From Mobula hypostoma (taxonomy: Eukaryota): a stretch of DNA of 64,000 nt. The translations under genes and the position numbers were made by a program. The stretch covers positions 18,910,001 through 18,974,000 of the forward strand of contig NC_086101.1 of NCBI RefSeq assembly GCF_963921235.1. Direction: 5' to 3'. Shown here in pieces: positions 12,161 to 24,762 of the stretch. The notes under the pieces were generated by a model. It was not told the origin of the DNA. It did no database searches and was given only the letters and a program-made list of their open reading frames with translations. Numbering within the stretch: the stretch's first letter is position 1; every line of letters starts with the position of its first letter.

Positions 12161-12903
12161 GCAAGCGGATACACGTGGAGCTGTCCAAGAGCCGATTACG
12201 GGTGCAGCCTGGAATGGGTGAGAAGAACACCTGCTTCCGGTGCGGAAAGGATGGCCATTGGTCCAAGGAGTGCCCAGCAGACCGGCCGGAGCTGGCGGTG
12301 GGCTTCGCAACCGATTACCTCGACCCCTTCGCCATGTCCGCCCGCTACGGCGATCAGCCGTTTTTCGACAGCCGCTACGTCGACTACTATGAGAAGTACC
12401 GGGCAGGTGCCTATGGAGCGGTGGGGACACCCTACCCCGACCGCTGGGGGGCCCAGCTGGGGGCCTACAGCGCCGGGCTGAGAGAGCGCTTGCCCAAGGC
12501 GTTGGAGGCATACAGCCAAAGTGCCATCTCCCAACCACCCACCTACTACGCCCGCGATCGCAGCCCCCTGCGGCGTGCGGTAGTCTCCGCAGTCACTGAC
12601 TACGCCACGGCCGCCACAGAGTACGCCGCTGCTGCCACAGCCTCCGCCACTGCCTCTGACTACGCCAGCTACGCCGCCCAGGACTACACTGGCGCCAACT
12701 TCGCTGCTGCAGCCGCTGCTGCAGGTTATGGAGCAGCCAACGCCACCACCACCAGCGACTACACCAACGCCAGCTACACTGCCGCTGACTACGCCAGCGC
12801 TTACGGCTTCGACTACTCCAGTGCAGCGGCCAGCAGTGCTGCCTACTCTGCCGGCTCCACCGGTGAGGTCTTCGCGAGACAGTCGCAGTACTCTGCCTAC
12901 TGA
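12161..12903 (+). CDS. RBM4: RBM4-like coding exon 3 (end of RRM2, CCHC zinc knuckle, RDRSPLRR motif, Ala/Tyr-rich tail)
   Basis: CAAG|GC acceptor in phase 1; KRIHVELSKSRLRVQPGMG, CFRCGKDGHWSKEC knuckle, YYARDRSPLRR, ends YSAY-TGA. Total CDS 1155 nt. Confidence 0.95.
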
Positions 12904-13268
12904 ACAGGTGAGTGAGGGGCGGCTGGGGGCTTCTCGGGGTCAGCTGCAGTCTCTCTCCTCTTTCCCCACCAACCCCCACCAGTCAACCTGCCAGTGTTTA
13001 CTCTGTTGTACCCCACCTGGGGACCCAGGAATGGCTTCCTGCCTCCACACCGGAATTCCCGAAATCATGTCTCCACATCTGGCTGCGTGTGTGCGCACAA
13101 GTGTGAGTTAATCCCTTTTTTACTAGTGTAAATATCCTATCACTTAAAACTGCCGTATTCTGTTGGAGTTGAGGATTGAGGTTCTGTGCAGTATCACTGC
13201 CTTCTTTCTTGCCCTCGGGTGCTCACATGGGTCTTTCCCTTCTACCTGCCTTGGTCAGAGGGAAGAGA

Positions 13269-13449
13269 GCAGGAGCTGATCCGAACCTCTTTCCCCACCT
13301 CCACACCCACAGCTACACTGTCGGACGGCACATCTCTTCCTGTGACTGTGTGTATGTCACGTGCAGGAGTTGATCCGAACCTCTTTCCCCACCCCCACAC
13401 TGTCGGATGGCACGTCCCTTCCTGTGACTGTGTGTGTGTCACGTGCAGG
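13269..13449 (+). repeat. Two-copy tandem duplication (94 and 82 bp)
   Basis: GCAGGAG(C/T)TGATCCGAACCTCTTTCCCCAC...CTTCCTGTGACTGTGTGT(A/G)TGTCACGT starts at 13269 and 13363. Confidence 0.85.
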
Positions 13450-16400
13450 GCACCTCCCAGCACGCTGTCCTCCGTCCAGATTTCCTCCCTGTGGTAAACC
13501 TTTGTCCTCGCTTCAGTGGGATTAATGTCTTGGCAAATGACAACAGTAGCAAAAAGAGAAAAACAAGTGGCCACCAGCTTCCCTCCAGCTGTGCCCAGGT
13601 ACGACCTGCCTCTGGCTAATTTGGTAGTGGCTGTGAGGAACGTGACAGGACCACCAACCCCTCACCACCCGGTTGCAGCTGGAGTTCCTGCTGTGATCCG
13701 CGATCTCTCTCTCCCTCATTCCCAGGCATGTCCATCTGCAAGTTTGTAGGGATTAGCCCCATGTGTGACCCTGCAAACTCCTGTTGTGTAACTGTCACTC
13801 GCCCTCCCCTTTACTCCAAAGCTGCTGCTGGCGGGCCGGTTACCTGTTGCAGGTGTGTCACTTGAAAGTTTCTCAACAGCTGGTCACTGTGTCACAGTAT
13901 CTAATGGCACGGGCCATCATTCAACTCGACTGGTCCGTGTCAACAGGCAAAGGCCCTGTGATCAATTACCTCAATAGTAACGTGCAGTGTTATAATGGGC
14001 CCCTCAAGCCACTGCAGATTATCCCTATTGCCACCTGCCCCCGTGCTCAGAAACTCCTTGGTGTTGAAAATCTGAGCATCCCAGCCCTTGAGCAACAAGT
14101 TGCAACAGTTTGTTTGCATCCTCTGGTGAGGTAATGTCTCATTCTGTCCCTGTCCCAGTGGGTTTAATCCAGCCTCTGCATACCTTCATCAACTACCCTT
14201 GGAATTTTATACACTGAGAAAGAGATGAAGGGGTGAACAACATTTGAATCACTCAGCACATCAGAGATGGGCTGTTCACCCAGTGTCACCTTTCAGGCCG
14301 TATATCCTGAATCTGTGTTTAAAGTAACTCCTCCTTTCTCATCCCTTTGTTTTTGTTTTAAAGCCCACCCCTGCATGTTCTTTTTGTATGTTGCCATACG
14401 TTGTTGAGACTTTGAAGCTTGACCTTGGTTACTTTTGTGGCTGACCCAGCAGAAGGCGATGGGCTCTGATGCACGGGGGTCTGAGCAAGTCCAGGTGAGG
14501 CGGGAGAAACTGTGTGCGCGAGCGCGCGTGCGGATTGACCTTCCTCGCTGTTGGCGAGGGCCGAGTCCGGGCAGTGCCAGAGACGGGCGGCAGCTATTGC
14601 AATTGATCTAAAACTGTCCTCTCCCGCTGCTGAGCAGAATTAACCACTCCCATCTCCCCACGTGTTGCCGTGCAGAAGGAGCCCACCGGGTGAGGCTGAC
14701 GCTTGCCTTTGGACCTGAACCTAAGATCTCCGTGCGGTAGGAGCTCGGGTGGCACTGACTTTGACCGGCTTGTTTAAACACTCAGCGGCGCGCTCTCTGC
14801 TACAGTGGTGGTTTAGTTATACCTGTTGTGCCTCTTGCGTTCCAGGAAGGATAACCTGTGTGCATGCCTTTGTACAAACTTGAGCTGAGGAAGCTTTGTC
14901 ATCCTGATTTAGATGTGGTGTGCAGTCTTCAATTTTTCCTCCCCTACCCACCTCAGTTTGTTTCCTCTCCTCCTGAGCTTGCCCACTTCCATGTGAGTAC
15001 AGTGACCTTTCCAATGCACCTTACCCTGCCTGAGTTATTTCGGACACATAGGTAATCTTCAGTCCGACCCCGGCTCCGCTCTGTTCCTGCAGAGACCACA
15101 AGCTAGAGTTGGGGGATGGTGCTGGATTCACCATTTTCTCCCTCGCTCCCTCCACGCATGTCCTGTCTGCATCGACGGCACAGAGCAGGCGTTCGAGTCC
15201 TTTGCTGGGGTTGCTCACTTGCGCACTCAACCAGGTTAGAGGTGGGGAAGCGGGTGGTGCTGAGGTGGGTCTTTTCCTTGGCCGGCCATTAACGGGTTCT
15301 GCTTGAGTGGCTTGAATCGGGACAAGTGTTAGACAGGTGCTTCTTGCTACCGCGTGGTTTGGCCCATCGTTGTTAAAGACATGCTGTACTATTGGTTTTT
15401 TCTGCCCCTTTTACTGAGCAGTTGAGTGATTTGTGCTGAGATCATGGATGATTCAAGGGTTTTAACAACCTCCTATCAATTGCTGCATTGTCTGTTTTTG
15501 GTGGTTGTTTGCAATGATGTTTCCACGTTCTAATAGTTAATGGGAGGTCCAGTTTTTAGTTAATAGTTAATGAGAGGGGTGGGAGAGAGTGGAGGAACGC
15601 CTGCTATCATCCCCCACCCACCCTCCTTTTTTTTTGTACTATTTCAAGTGCTAACCCTAGCCCAATGCCCATCTGCCAGCCTGAAGGCTGGTCACCCCTC
15701 CCAGAAGCCATTTAGGTGCCCTTTTGTATTTACCCCCAAACCCCCCACCCCCATCTGCTCAAATAGTGTAGAACTGGCTGATGCTGCCGGGGAGAGAGGC
15801 CATGAGCATGCAATCTGGACGATGGGCTGTCACAGGGCCAGTGCCCTTTTCAGTGCAGAGTGCAATCTGCCAATGGTAGCGAGGCGACGTGTGTTGGGCA
15901 TTGAGGTGTTTCGTGTCTGGCGGTGTGACCGACGGCTCTCCGTGCGTGATTCTTTTTATTTAAAGCCATGTCAGCTCGCGGGGACAGTAGGTTTGTTGAA
16001 TGAACTGAATTGGTGTATCATCTCCCCTCCTCTTTAACAGTTTTGTGCCTGTTGGAATCTCAGCTCCTGTTCCCTCCAGCGGAGCCTCTGGACAGTAGCA
16101 ACTATCACACTAGCTTCAGGTTGCATTTCGTGGTAACTGGCGCAGCACCTTCTTTCTCTTCTCCGTTTTTTATTTTGATTTTTGTTCGGACCGTTCACTT
16201 CTCTATTTTCCCCTTCCCTCCCCTTTCCCCTCCCGTTCCCCACGTGATTGGGACATGGTTCCAAAAGGTGCCTGTCCCATCTGGCCCTCCGCTCTGTTTT
16301 TTATTTTTCCTCCTTCATTTGGCGAGTGTCGGCAGCGCGGAACGGCGCACGGCGCGGGTCAAGTGCGTGATCTCTCGACACACGCGGACGTACGCTCGCG

Positions 16401-17868
16401 CGGGCACACGCACACCTCTCCATCCTTCCCTTCCCCTACCCCCACCCCCCCCCCCCATCTCTTCACCCACCCTGTCCCTCCCTCCTTCCCTCCCTCCTGC
16501 CCCCAACCTCCAGCCCTTTCCATTCTCAGGCCTGTCGAGTTGTAATGAGAGGTGCCGAGGGCAGGGGAGACCCCAGGGCGTGCTGACGGCGCGGCTGCCT
16601 GTTTAACCTCCTACTCTTGTCCACTTCCCCAGTCACCATTTCCACCAGCGGCCAAGGCTCGAGAGATGGAAGTGCAGTTTAGAGTGCGGAGACAGCGGGG
16701 GGCCTGAACGCACCCAAGTTGCCACCTGCTACACCAGTAACAGAAATTAAACTGCCTGGCGCCTCGAGGTGCGATCGCAATCTGAGGAGGAATGCAGTGG
16801 GATGCTGTTGTGTTTTGTCGGCTCCTGGAGGCGGGTGTTCCTACTTGCGTGCAGTGCCACAGATGTTGTACATGTAGGACTTGTTCGCGTAGTTTAAAAG
16901 GGTTTGCCACAGCGCTCGGGGTGCTTGTCAGACAGACTCAAACCCTTCCCCCAAGGGTCATGTTACAATTGGGCGACGAAGCGCACAAAGAAAAAAAATA
17001 GTAATAATCAAAGAGGTAGGTTTTAAGGAGAGAGAAAGAGGCAGAGGGAAGGAATTCTGGAGGTCTGGGTGGGGAAGGAGAATGGAGGGGCAAGTGTGAG
17101 GCAAGGACTGGAGGCGCAGAGCTCTTAGCAAGGCAGAGGGCTGGAGGGAGTTGAAGATGACAAAGCGGGTGCACTTGGAGGGGAGGGGGGATTCTAAACA
17201 CGAGCCTGTGGCACTTACACAACCGAGCGGGCGAGTACCGTGGTGATGGGTGAATGGAACTTGGCGTAGATTAGGGCGCGGCCAGCATTTTGTCCAGTCC
17301 TGGAGGAGGTTTTACTGCCAACCTCCTGTTTCTCGCTGACCCAGGCCCAACAACCCCTCACACACCATGGATCATTTGCAGTTGTTTTCAATTCCCTCAC
17401 CAGCAGGCTGGCAAAGTAACCAGGAGCAGGAACCCTGGCTGATTTCCACCTCACTACCCTGTTTTACCCCTGCCAGCCTCAGCCCTCACAGCCCCATGAT
17501 GGAATGCACTACCCTCCTTTACCTCCTTCACAACTTCCATGCTAAACCATTGAATATAAATAGCCCAGGGTGACTCCTCTACAGTGCTAAGGTGGTCTAC
17601 TCAGAATGAACCACCGCAACAACTTGAGGGGATCAGGGTGATCTCAGATGCAGAATCTTTCATTAATTCTTCGACCTTTTCTCTTAACACCCTCCCCACC
17701 TCTCTTCCCCACCAGGACTCGTTTGCCTTTTTTGTTTTGAATGTTGGGCACAGACCAAAAGTGGCGGTGTTACTGCCTTGAGCTGGCCTTGGGCGAGCTG
17801 TGTGTGCGTTCTGTGTCCGTGACGTTCAGAGTGTCTTTGAACAGTCTGTGATGTGCTTCCTTTTGCAG

Positions 17869-18260
17869 ATTGGTAATACCTGTTGACAAGACCGCGGTTC
17901 CCCCTGCTACTGTCACAAACTCGGGTCGTATCTTGTGCGGATTACCCTCACCGTCGGGATTTAGCGCGGACGACACCAGGGAAAATACTATCTGTATACA
18001 TAAAAGATTGTGCTTTTCTGTTAAAACTAGCAGTCAAAAATTGATTTTTTTTTAATTTTCCCCAAATGAACTGTGTTTTGCTTTTTTTTTTGGAGTTCTT
18101 TTTTTTAAAGAAACAAATAAAAAATTTTTTTGTTTGATTTTGTGTTGCTGGTAACTGTTCTGTGATGGCTAAGATCACTAATGGGGAGCTACCCTTGATT
18201 TTAAACGTGAACGTAACCCTTTTGTAGTACCCTGCAATAAACAATGAGTATTTGAACAGT
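17869..18260 (+). other. RBM4: Probable non-coding terminal exon (3'UTR) of the RBM4-like gene
   Basis: Donor ACAG|GTGAGT at 12908 just after the stop; acceptor CTTCCTTTTGCAG ending at 17868; U-rich UTR-like sequence with AATAAA at 18116 and 18236. Confidence 0.55.
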
Positions 18261-20149
18261 CGCAGACTCCGTGTAAAGTCTTATTTAGAGTCTTCGTACT
18301 ATGCCAACCCTCTCTCTACACTGATCTTCCCTTAACCTACGACACACTTAACACGCTGCGGACGATTTGGAGCAACTGAAGCACGCACGGTAAAACCACA
18401 GGGTCGCAGCGAGAAGGCGCAGGCTCCACGCTGACACTGCCAGAGATCAGGGTTGAACGCGGGTCTCTGGAGCTGCACAAGGAAGTTATTCCCCTCAGTT
18501 TCTCCCTGCTACATACCCTGATGCCAGCTGCATGAAGCTGTCGTGCAAACTGTTCATAAGTAAAAAGCTAAAATTGTCTGCAACAGTTGCAGTGCCCCCA
18601 AGGGCTCATAAATTGTAATATTTAGCAGGAGTATTTGAGAGTGAAGGCCAGTGCACTGGACTAGATGACAGCTTTGATCCTGTGACACCTTGAATTACCA
18701 CCTCGTGGCCCTTGTCTACCTACCTTATATTCCCTTTGCAGCTACAGCACTATGTTCTGCATTGTTTTAGACTATGTGGATATACTTGTTTTTTTACATG
18801 ATCTACCGGATGGCATGCAAACTAAAACTTTTCACTGTATCTTGGTGCACATGACAATATACCAATCCCCAAGACAAGCTCTGAGGTCAGGGTAGTGCCA
18901 TCAGCACCACCTGGTGCTCAACTCCACCTACCTGACAATTTTCCTGTGCACGTGGTGATCAGCTACTGTCCTCCGTTTGGACCTTTTCCTCAATTGTATT
19001 CCCACCCCCAAGAGCAGAAATGGCTAAAGTGCAAGAGCATCATTTAAAGTGATTGGAGGAAAGTACAGGGAGGATGCAAGAGTATATTTTAACACGTGGG
19101 TTAAGTGCCAGAGGTGGTTGTAGAGGCAAGTTCATGAGATACTTAAGAGATTTGGATACTGTCCATGATAGAAAAATGAGGGGCTCTGGGAGGGAAGGGT
19201 TAGGTCTTGGAGAGGGTTAGTTTGAACTGGCACACAGACTGTGTGGTCTTGGAAGGAGGCACAACATTGTGGGCTGAAGGGCCTGTACTCTATCTTCGGT
19301 GGGCGGAGGAGTGGCTGTAAAATCCTGAATTTCCACCATGTGCAGTCTCTCTACCTGCACAACGTTGGGGGCCAACGTGCAGTCTGGAGTGTCAAGGTCA
19401 GGAGAGGAGGATGTTCTTTATGAGTGCATTGGGGGAAGGGATTGCGGGGTCGCTGCAGATCATCGTCTCTGAAACACAGAGGGTGGATACCACTGCCACT
19501 TGATAAACCATGAGTCTTGTACCAGGTCTTGAGGTCTTCATTTTCAAATACTTTTTTCCTTAGTTGGTCTAAGGAAAACGCCATGAATCAATAATTAATT
19601 AGTGGGTCCATTGACTCCTGGTCTAAGGGCAGTTAGGCAGCAGACTCAGGAAATGTACACACGTTATTGGTAAGTTTGCAGGCTACACAAAAATTGGTGG
19701 CATGGATAGTCAGGAGGGATGCCAAAGGATTCGGTAGGATAGAGACCATTTAGAAAAATGGTCGATGGAGAGTAATGTGTTACACTTCAGGAGGTCAGAT
19801 GTGAGAGGGAAATATATAGTAAATGGCACCGATGTACTGAGGGATGGTGAGGCCTGAAAATGCATTGCAGGTGGAGAGTTGGTAAAGAGGGTGTACGGCA
19901 TATCTGCTTCTATCAGGATGTTGAGAATAAAATGAAGTCCTGTTGCAGTACGATCACAGGAGTATCGTGTGCATTTCTGGTTGCTTCAGTACAGGAAGGA
20001 TGTGCGGACAGTTCACCAGGATGCTGCCTGCACCAGACAGTATTCACTATGAGAGTTTGGATTGTTTTCTCTGAAGTATTGGAAGCCGAGAGGTGACCTG
20101 TTACAAGTTTCTAAAGCTATAAAAGGCAGCTGAGGGGGAACATTTAAAG

Positions 20150-20415
20150 GAAGTTTATTTATTGAGATACAATGTGGAATAGGCCCTTCGAGCCACACTG
20201 CCCGGCAATCCCTTGATTAAGTTCTTGGCTAGTCACAGGACAATTTACAATGACAAATTAACCAGCAACTGGTACTACTGTGGACTGTGGGAAGAAACTG
20301 GAGCACCTGGAGGAAACTTGTCATGGGGAGAATGTACAAACTCCTTACAGGCAGCAACAGGAATTGAACCTGGGTCACCTGTACTGTAAAGCATTGTGCT
20401 AACCACTATGCTGCC
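20150..20415 (-). mobile_element. tRNA-derived SINE
   Basis: Minus strand reads GCATAGTGGTTAGCAC...GGTTCAATTCC (A/B boxes) followed by a body also seen at 47880-48000 and 62500-62780. Confidence 0.7.
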
Positions 20416-21319
20416 TTGTGGATAAGTCTTACACACACAGGATACACAGTGATGAATAATGGTGTTTAAAAGGAATTTAGACAGGCAGGGAATGAAAGCA
20501 TATAGACCATGTGTAGGCAGATAGGGTTAGTTTGAACTGGTGTTGTGGCCAACACAGACTTTGCGGAACAACTCTGCTTTACTGTTCTTGTTTTCTGTCA
20601 TAGGCAGAGGGCAACAACAGATGTACATATGTTCTCGGAGCCTCTTGGAAAGAATGTCACGGAATCTGTTCCAAGCACCAGAAGCCCTGGATAAACAGCA
20701 GAGTGGGCCACGCTGCAAACCTTTCATTCTGGTATCCCAAGTGCTTTGGGCGCCTGGGTTGAGTTGGAATTCACATATGGTACAAGGCTGCAGCTCCACA
20801 GCAATCATGTGGCAGAGACTTGCTGCTCAGAAAGGCCCTACATCAAATTACATCTTCCTCTCCAATCTATTGTCAGGAGTGTCTTGGGGAATCCCACCCT
20901 TGCAGAACAGACGGGGGAGGTTGAATGTCATGGGCGTGAGAGAGTTGATGGAAAAGCATGTCAAATCCTTTCTTGGAGTGCTGCAGAAACTCGGGCTAAT
21001 GGGAACACTACAGTGAAGAAACAGGCCCCTTGGCCCATCCCCATGCTACCTAGGCCTATCTACCACCATCTGGGCCACAGACCCCCATACTCCTCCCATC
21101 CAGGTACTTATCCAAACCTTGTAAATATCGCAGTCAAACCTGCATTCACCACTTCCGCTGGCAGCTCATTCCACAGTCTCACCACCCCAAGTGAAGTTCT
21201 CCTGAGACTCCCCTTATCTATTTCATCGTTCACCCTTTAAACTATAACCACTCTAGTGTCACCCAACCTCAGTGGAAAAAGACACTCATAATTTTGTAGT
21301 ACCGGGGGAACTAACACAT

Positions 21320-23310
21320 CCCACGCCCACACTTTGGAAAGTCTGATCACCTGGCTGTACTTCTACTCCCTGAGTATAGGCAGAGACTGAAAACCACAGC
21401 ACCAGCAGTGAGGACCAAGAAGGTATGGACGAGGGAGGTGCAGGAGCGCCTACAGGACAGTTTTGAGTTGGCAGACTGGACCGTATTCAGGGATTCATGG
21501 TCAAGCCTGAATGAGTACATCACTTCATTCAAACCTGTGTGGATCAGTGTGTGCCTACCAAAACTTGCTGTACATTCCCAAACCAAAAGCCATGGATGAA
21601 CCAGGGGGTTTGAAGATCTGTGGCATTCAAGTCTCTGCAAGAAAACCAGGTATGACTTACAGAGGGCTATTTCAAGAACTAAGAAACAATTCCAGGAGAG
21701 CTTGGAGATGACATTGGATGCAGTTCACGTCAACTCTGACAGGGTTTGCAGGACATTACATCCCACAAAGTAAAACCCTACATCATGAATGGCAGTGATG
21801 CTTCACTACCAGAAACTAGGGCTAATCGGAGCACTATCAACGCCTTTTATGCTGGCTTTGAAAGGGAGAATATAACTACAGCGATGAGGATCCCTGCAGC
21901 ACCAGTGACCCTGTGATCTCTGTATTGGAGGTCAATGTCAGGCTGTCTTTCAAGAGGGTGAACGTTCGCATGGCTCTGAAAAGCTGTGCCAACGGACTGG
22001 TGGGTGTGTCCAAAAACATTTTCATTCTCCCATTGCTACAGTCGGAAGCTCTCACCTGCTTCAAAAGGGCAACAATTATACCAGTGCCCAAGGAGAGCCG
22101 GATGAACTGCCTCAGCGAATATCAGCCAGTAGCACTCACATCTACGGTGATGCGGTGTTTGAGAGGGTGATTATGGCTAGAATTAACTCCTGTTTCAGCA
22201 AGTACCTGGACCCACTGCAATTTTCCTATCACCACAAGAGGTCTGGAGCGGATGTGATCTCACTGGCTCTTCACACGGTCTTGGATCACCTGGACAATAC
22301 GAGTACCTATGTCAGGATGCTGACTATTGACTACAGCTCAGCGTTTAACACAATCGTTCCTACAGTTCTAATCGAAAAGCTACAGAACCTGGGCCTCTGT
22401 ATCTCCCTCTGCAAGTGGATCCCTGACTTCCTAACTGGAAGACCACAATCTGTGCGGATTGGAAGTAACATCTCCACCTCGCTGACAATCAACACTGATG
22501 CACCTCAGGGATGTGTGCTTAGCCCACTACTCTACTCTCTCTGCACCCATGACTGTGCGGGTAGGCACAGCCCAAATGTCATCTATAAATTTGCTGACAA
22601 GTTGTTGGCAAAATTTCAGATGGCGACAAAAGGGCACACAGGAGCGAGATACAGTATACCAGCTAGAAGAGTGGTGTCACAGAAACAACCTTGTACTCAG
22701 TAAGACCAAAGAACTCATTGTGAACATCAGAAAGGGTAGGATGAGGGAACACAAGCCAGTCCTCACAGAGGGATCAGAAGTGGAAAGAGTGAGCAATTTC
22801 AAGTTCCTAGGTGTCAATATGCCTGAAGATCTAACCTGGACCCAACATACCAATGCAGCTATAAAGAAGGCACAACAACAGCTATATTTCATTAGAAGTT
22901 TAAGGATATTTGGTATGTCACCACAAAAGCACTCGCAAATTTCTACAGATGTACTGTGGAGAGCATTCTACCTGGCTGCATCATTGTCTGGTACGGGGGG
23001 CTACTGCAGAGAGTTGTAGTCAGCTCCATCATGGGCACTAGCCTTTGTAGTATCCAGGACATCTTCAAGCAGTAATGCTTCAGAAAGGCAGCATCCATCA
23101 TTAAGGACACGCACCACCCAGGAAATACCATCTTCTCATTGTTACCATCAGGAAGGAGGTACAGGGCCTGAAGGCACACACTCAACGATTCAAGAACAAC
23201 ATCTTCCCCTCTGCCATCCAGTTTCTAAATGGACATTGAACCCATGAACACTACCTCACTACTTTTTAAATTTATGTTTTTGCACTAATTATTTAACTAT
23301 TTAATATATG
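21320..23310 (+). mobile_element. Rex1/Babar-type LINE (RT region), decayed
   Basis: Frameshifted ORFs 21913, 22155 and 22498 contain [43 protein letters not shown]. Confidence 0.88.
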
Positions 23311-23419
23311 TAGATGGGCTCCGTGTAAAGCAGGGCTTTACACATGATGGAATGGGCCATATCCACTACTTCTAGTAGGCTTTTCCATCAATATACTCTC
23401 CACCACACATCTATAAAAG

Positions 23420-24470
23420 TTTGTCAACGTTTTAGATGATATCCTGAATCTTTGCAGAACTTCTGAGAAAGTAGAGGTGCAGTTGTGCTTTCTTCATAAT
23501 GGACCTTATGTGCTGGACGCAGGACAGATCCTCTGAAATGATAACACTGAGGAATTTAAAGTAGCTGACACTCCCCACCTCTGATCCCCCAATGAGGACT
23601 GGCTCATGGACTTCCGGATTCCTCCTGTTGAGATCAATAATCAGCTCCTTGGTTTTGCTGACATTGAGTGAGAGGTTGTTATGGCACCTTTCAGCCAGAT
23701 TTTCAATCTCCCTCTTCTATGCTGATTCGTCACTCCCTCCGATTCAGCCAATGACAGTGGTGTCGTCAGCAAACAAGGTGACATTGGAGCTGTGATTAGC
23801 CTCATGATCATAACTATACAGTGAGTAGAGCAGGGGGCGAAGCACACAGCCTTGTGGTGCGCCTGTGCTGAAGGTGACGGTGGAGGAGATGTTGCCAACC
23901 TAAATGGACTGGGGTCTGCAAGTGAGGAAATCGAGGATCCGGTTGCACAGGGAGGTATTGAGGTCAAGGTCTTGGAGCCTATTGATTAGTTTTGAGGGGA
24001 TGGTGGTATTGAGTGCTGAGATATAGTTGATAAAGAGCATCCTGATGTGTGCATCTTCACTGTCCAGATGTTCCAGGGTTGAGTGAAGAGCCAGTGAAAT
24101 GGCATCTGCTTGTGACAGAAGGCAAATGGGAGTAGATCCAAGTGGCTCCTCAGGCAGGAGTTGATCTGTTTCATCACCAACCTCTCAAAGCACTTCATCA
24201 CAGTGGATGTAAGTGGTACTGGACAATAGTCGATGTGGCAGGTCACCACAGTCTCCTTAGGCACTGGTCTAATTGCAGCCTGCTTGATTTTGGTAAGTGG
24301 GTATCTCAGACTGCTGAAGTGAGAAGTTAAAGATATCAGTGAATACTCCAGCTTGTTGATCAACACTCAGTACTCAGCCAGGAAATCCCATCTGGGCTGG
24401 ATGCCTTCTGTGGGTTCACCCTCCTGAAGGGTACTCTCATATCGGCCTCAGAGACTGAAATCACAGATTC
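23420..24470 (-). mobile_element. Rex1/Babar-type LINE fragment, antisense
   Basis: Minus-strand [20 protein letters not shown] and downstream RT remnants. Confidence 0.8.
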
Positions 24471-24762
24471 ATCTCTGGGAGTTCAACAAAAAGGTTCAAA
24501 GGCTCATTTATCATCAAAGTATACAACTCTGAAATTCTTCTTCTCCAGATAGCCACGAAACCAAGAAAAAAACGTCAGCACGATCTTCAACCCCCAAATC
24601 CCTCCTCCCACACAAAAAAACAAGAAAGAGCAGGCGAAAAAAACACAATATATGAAAATACTATAAGACCAAAAAAAAAGTATTTTGTCCAAGTCCATAT
24701 CCAAAGCACAGAAAACCTGGGTAACGTTCTCCGAGCAGAGCAGCAGGCTCTCTCTTCTCCGG

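Noticed and set aside
649-12903. RBM14 identity
   Set aside because: The CCHC knuckle, RDRSPLRR motif and 384-aa length fit RBM4 rather than RBM14.
12908-17868. Intronic snoRNA or miRNA in the RBM4 3' intron
   Set aside because: No convincing box C/D pair with terminal stem or H/ACA hairpin pair found by eye; an Infernal scan is needed to exclude it.
20540-21016. 158-aa ORF with an apparent acceptor at 20603
   Set aside because: No recognisable domain and no partner exon or donor identified.
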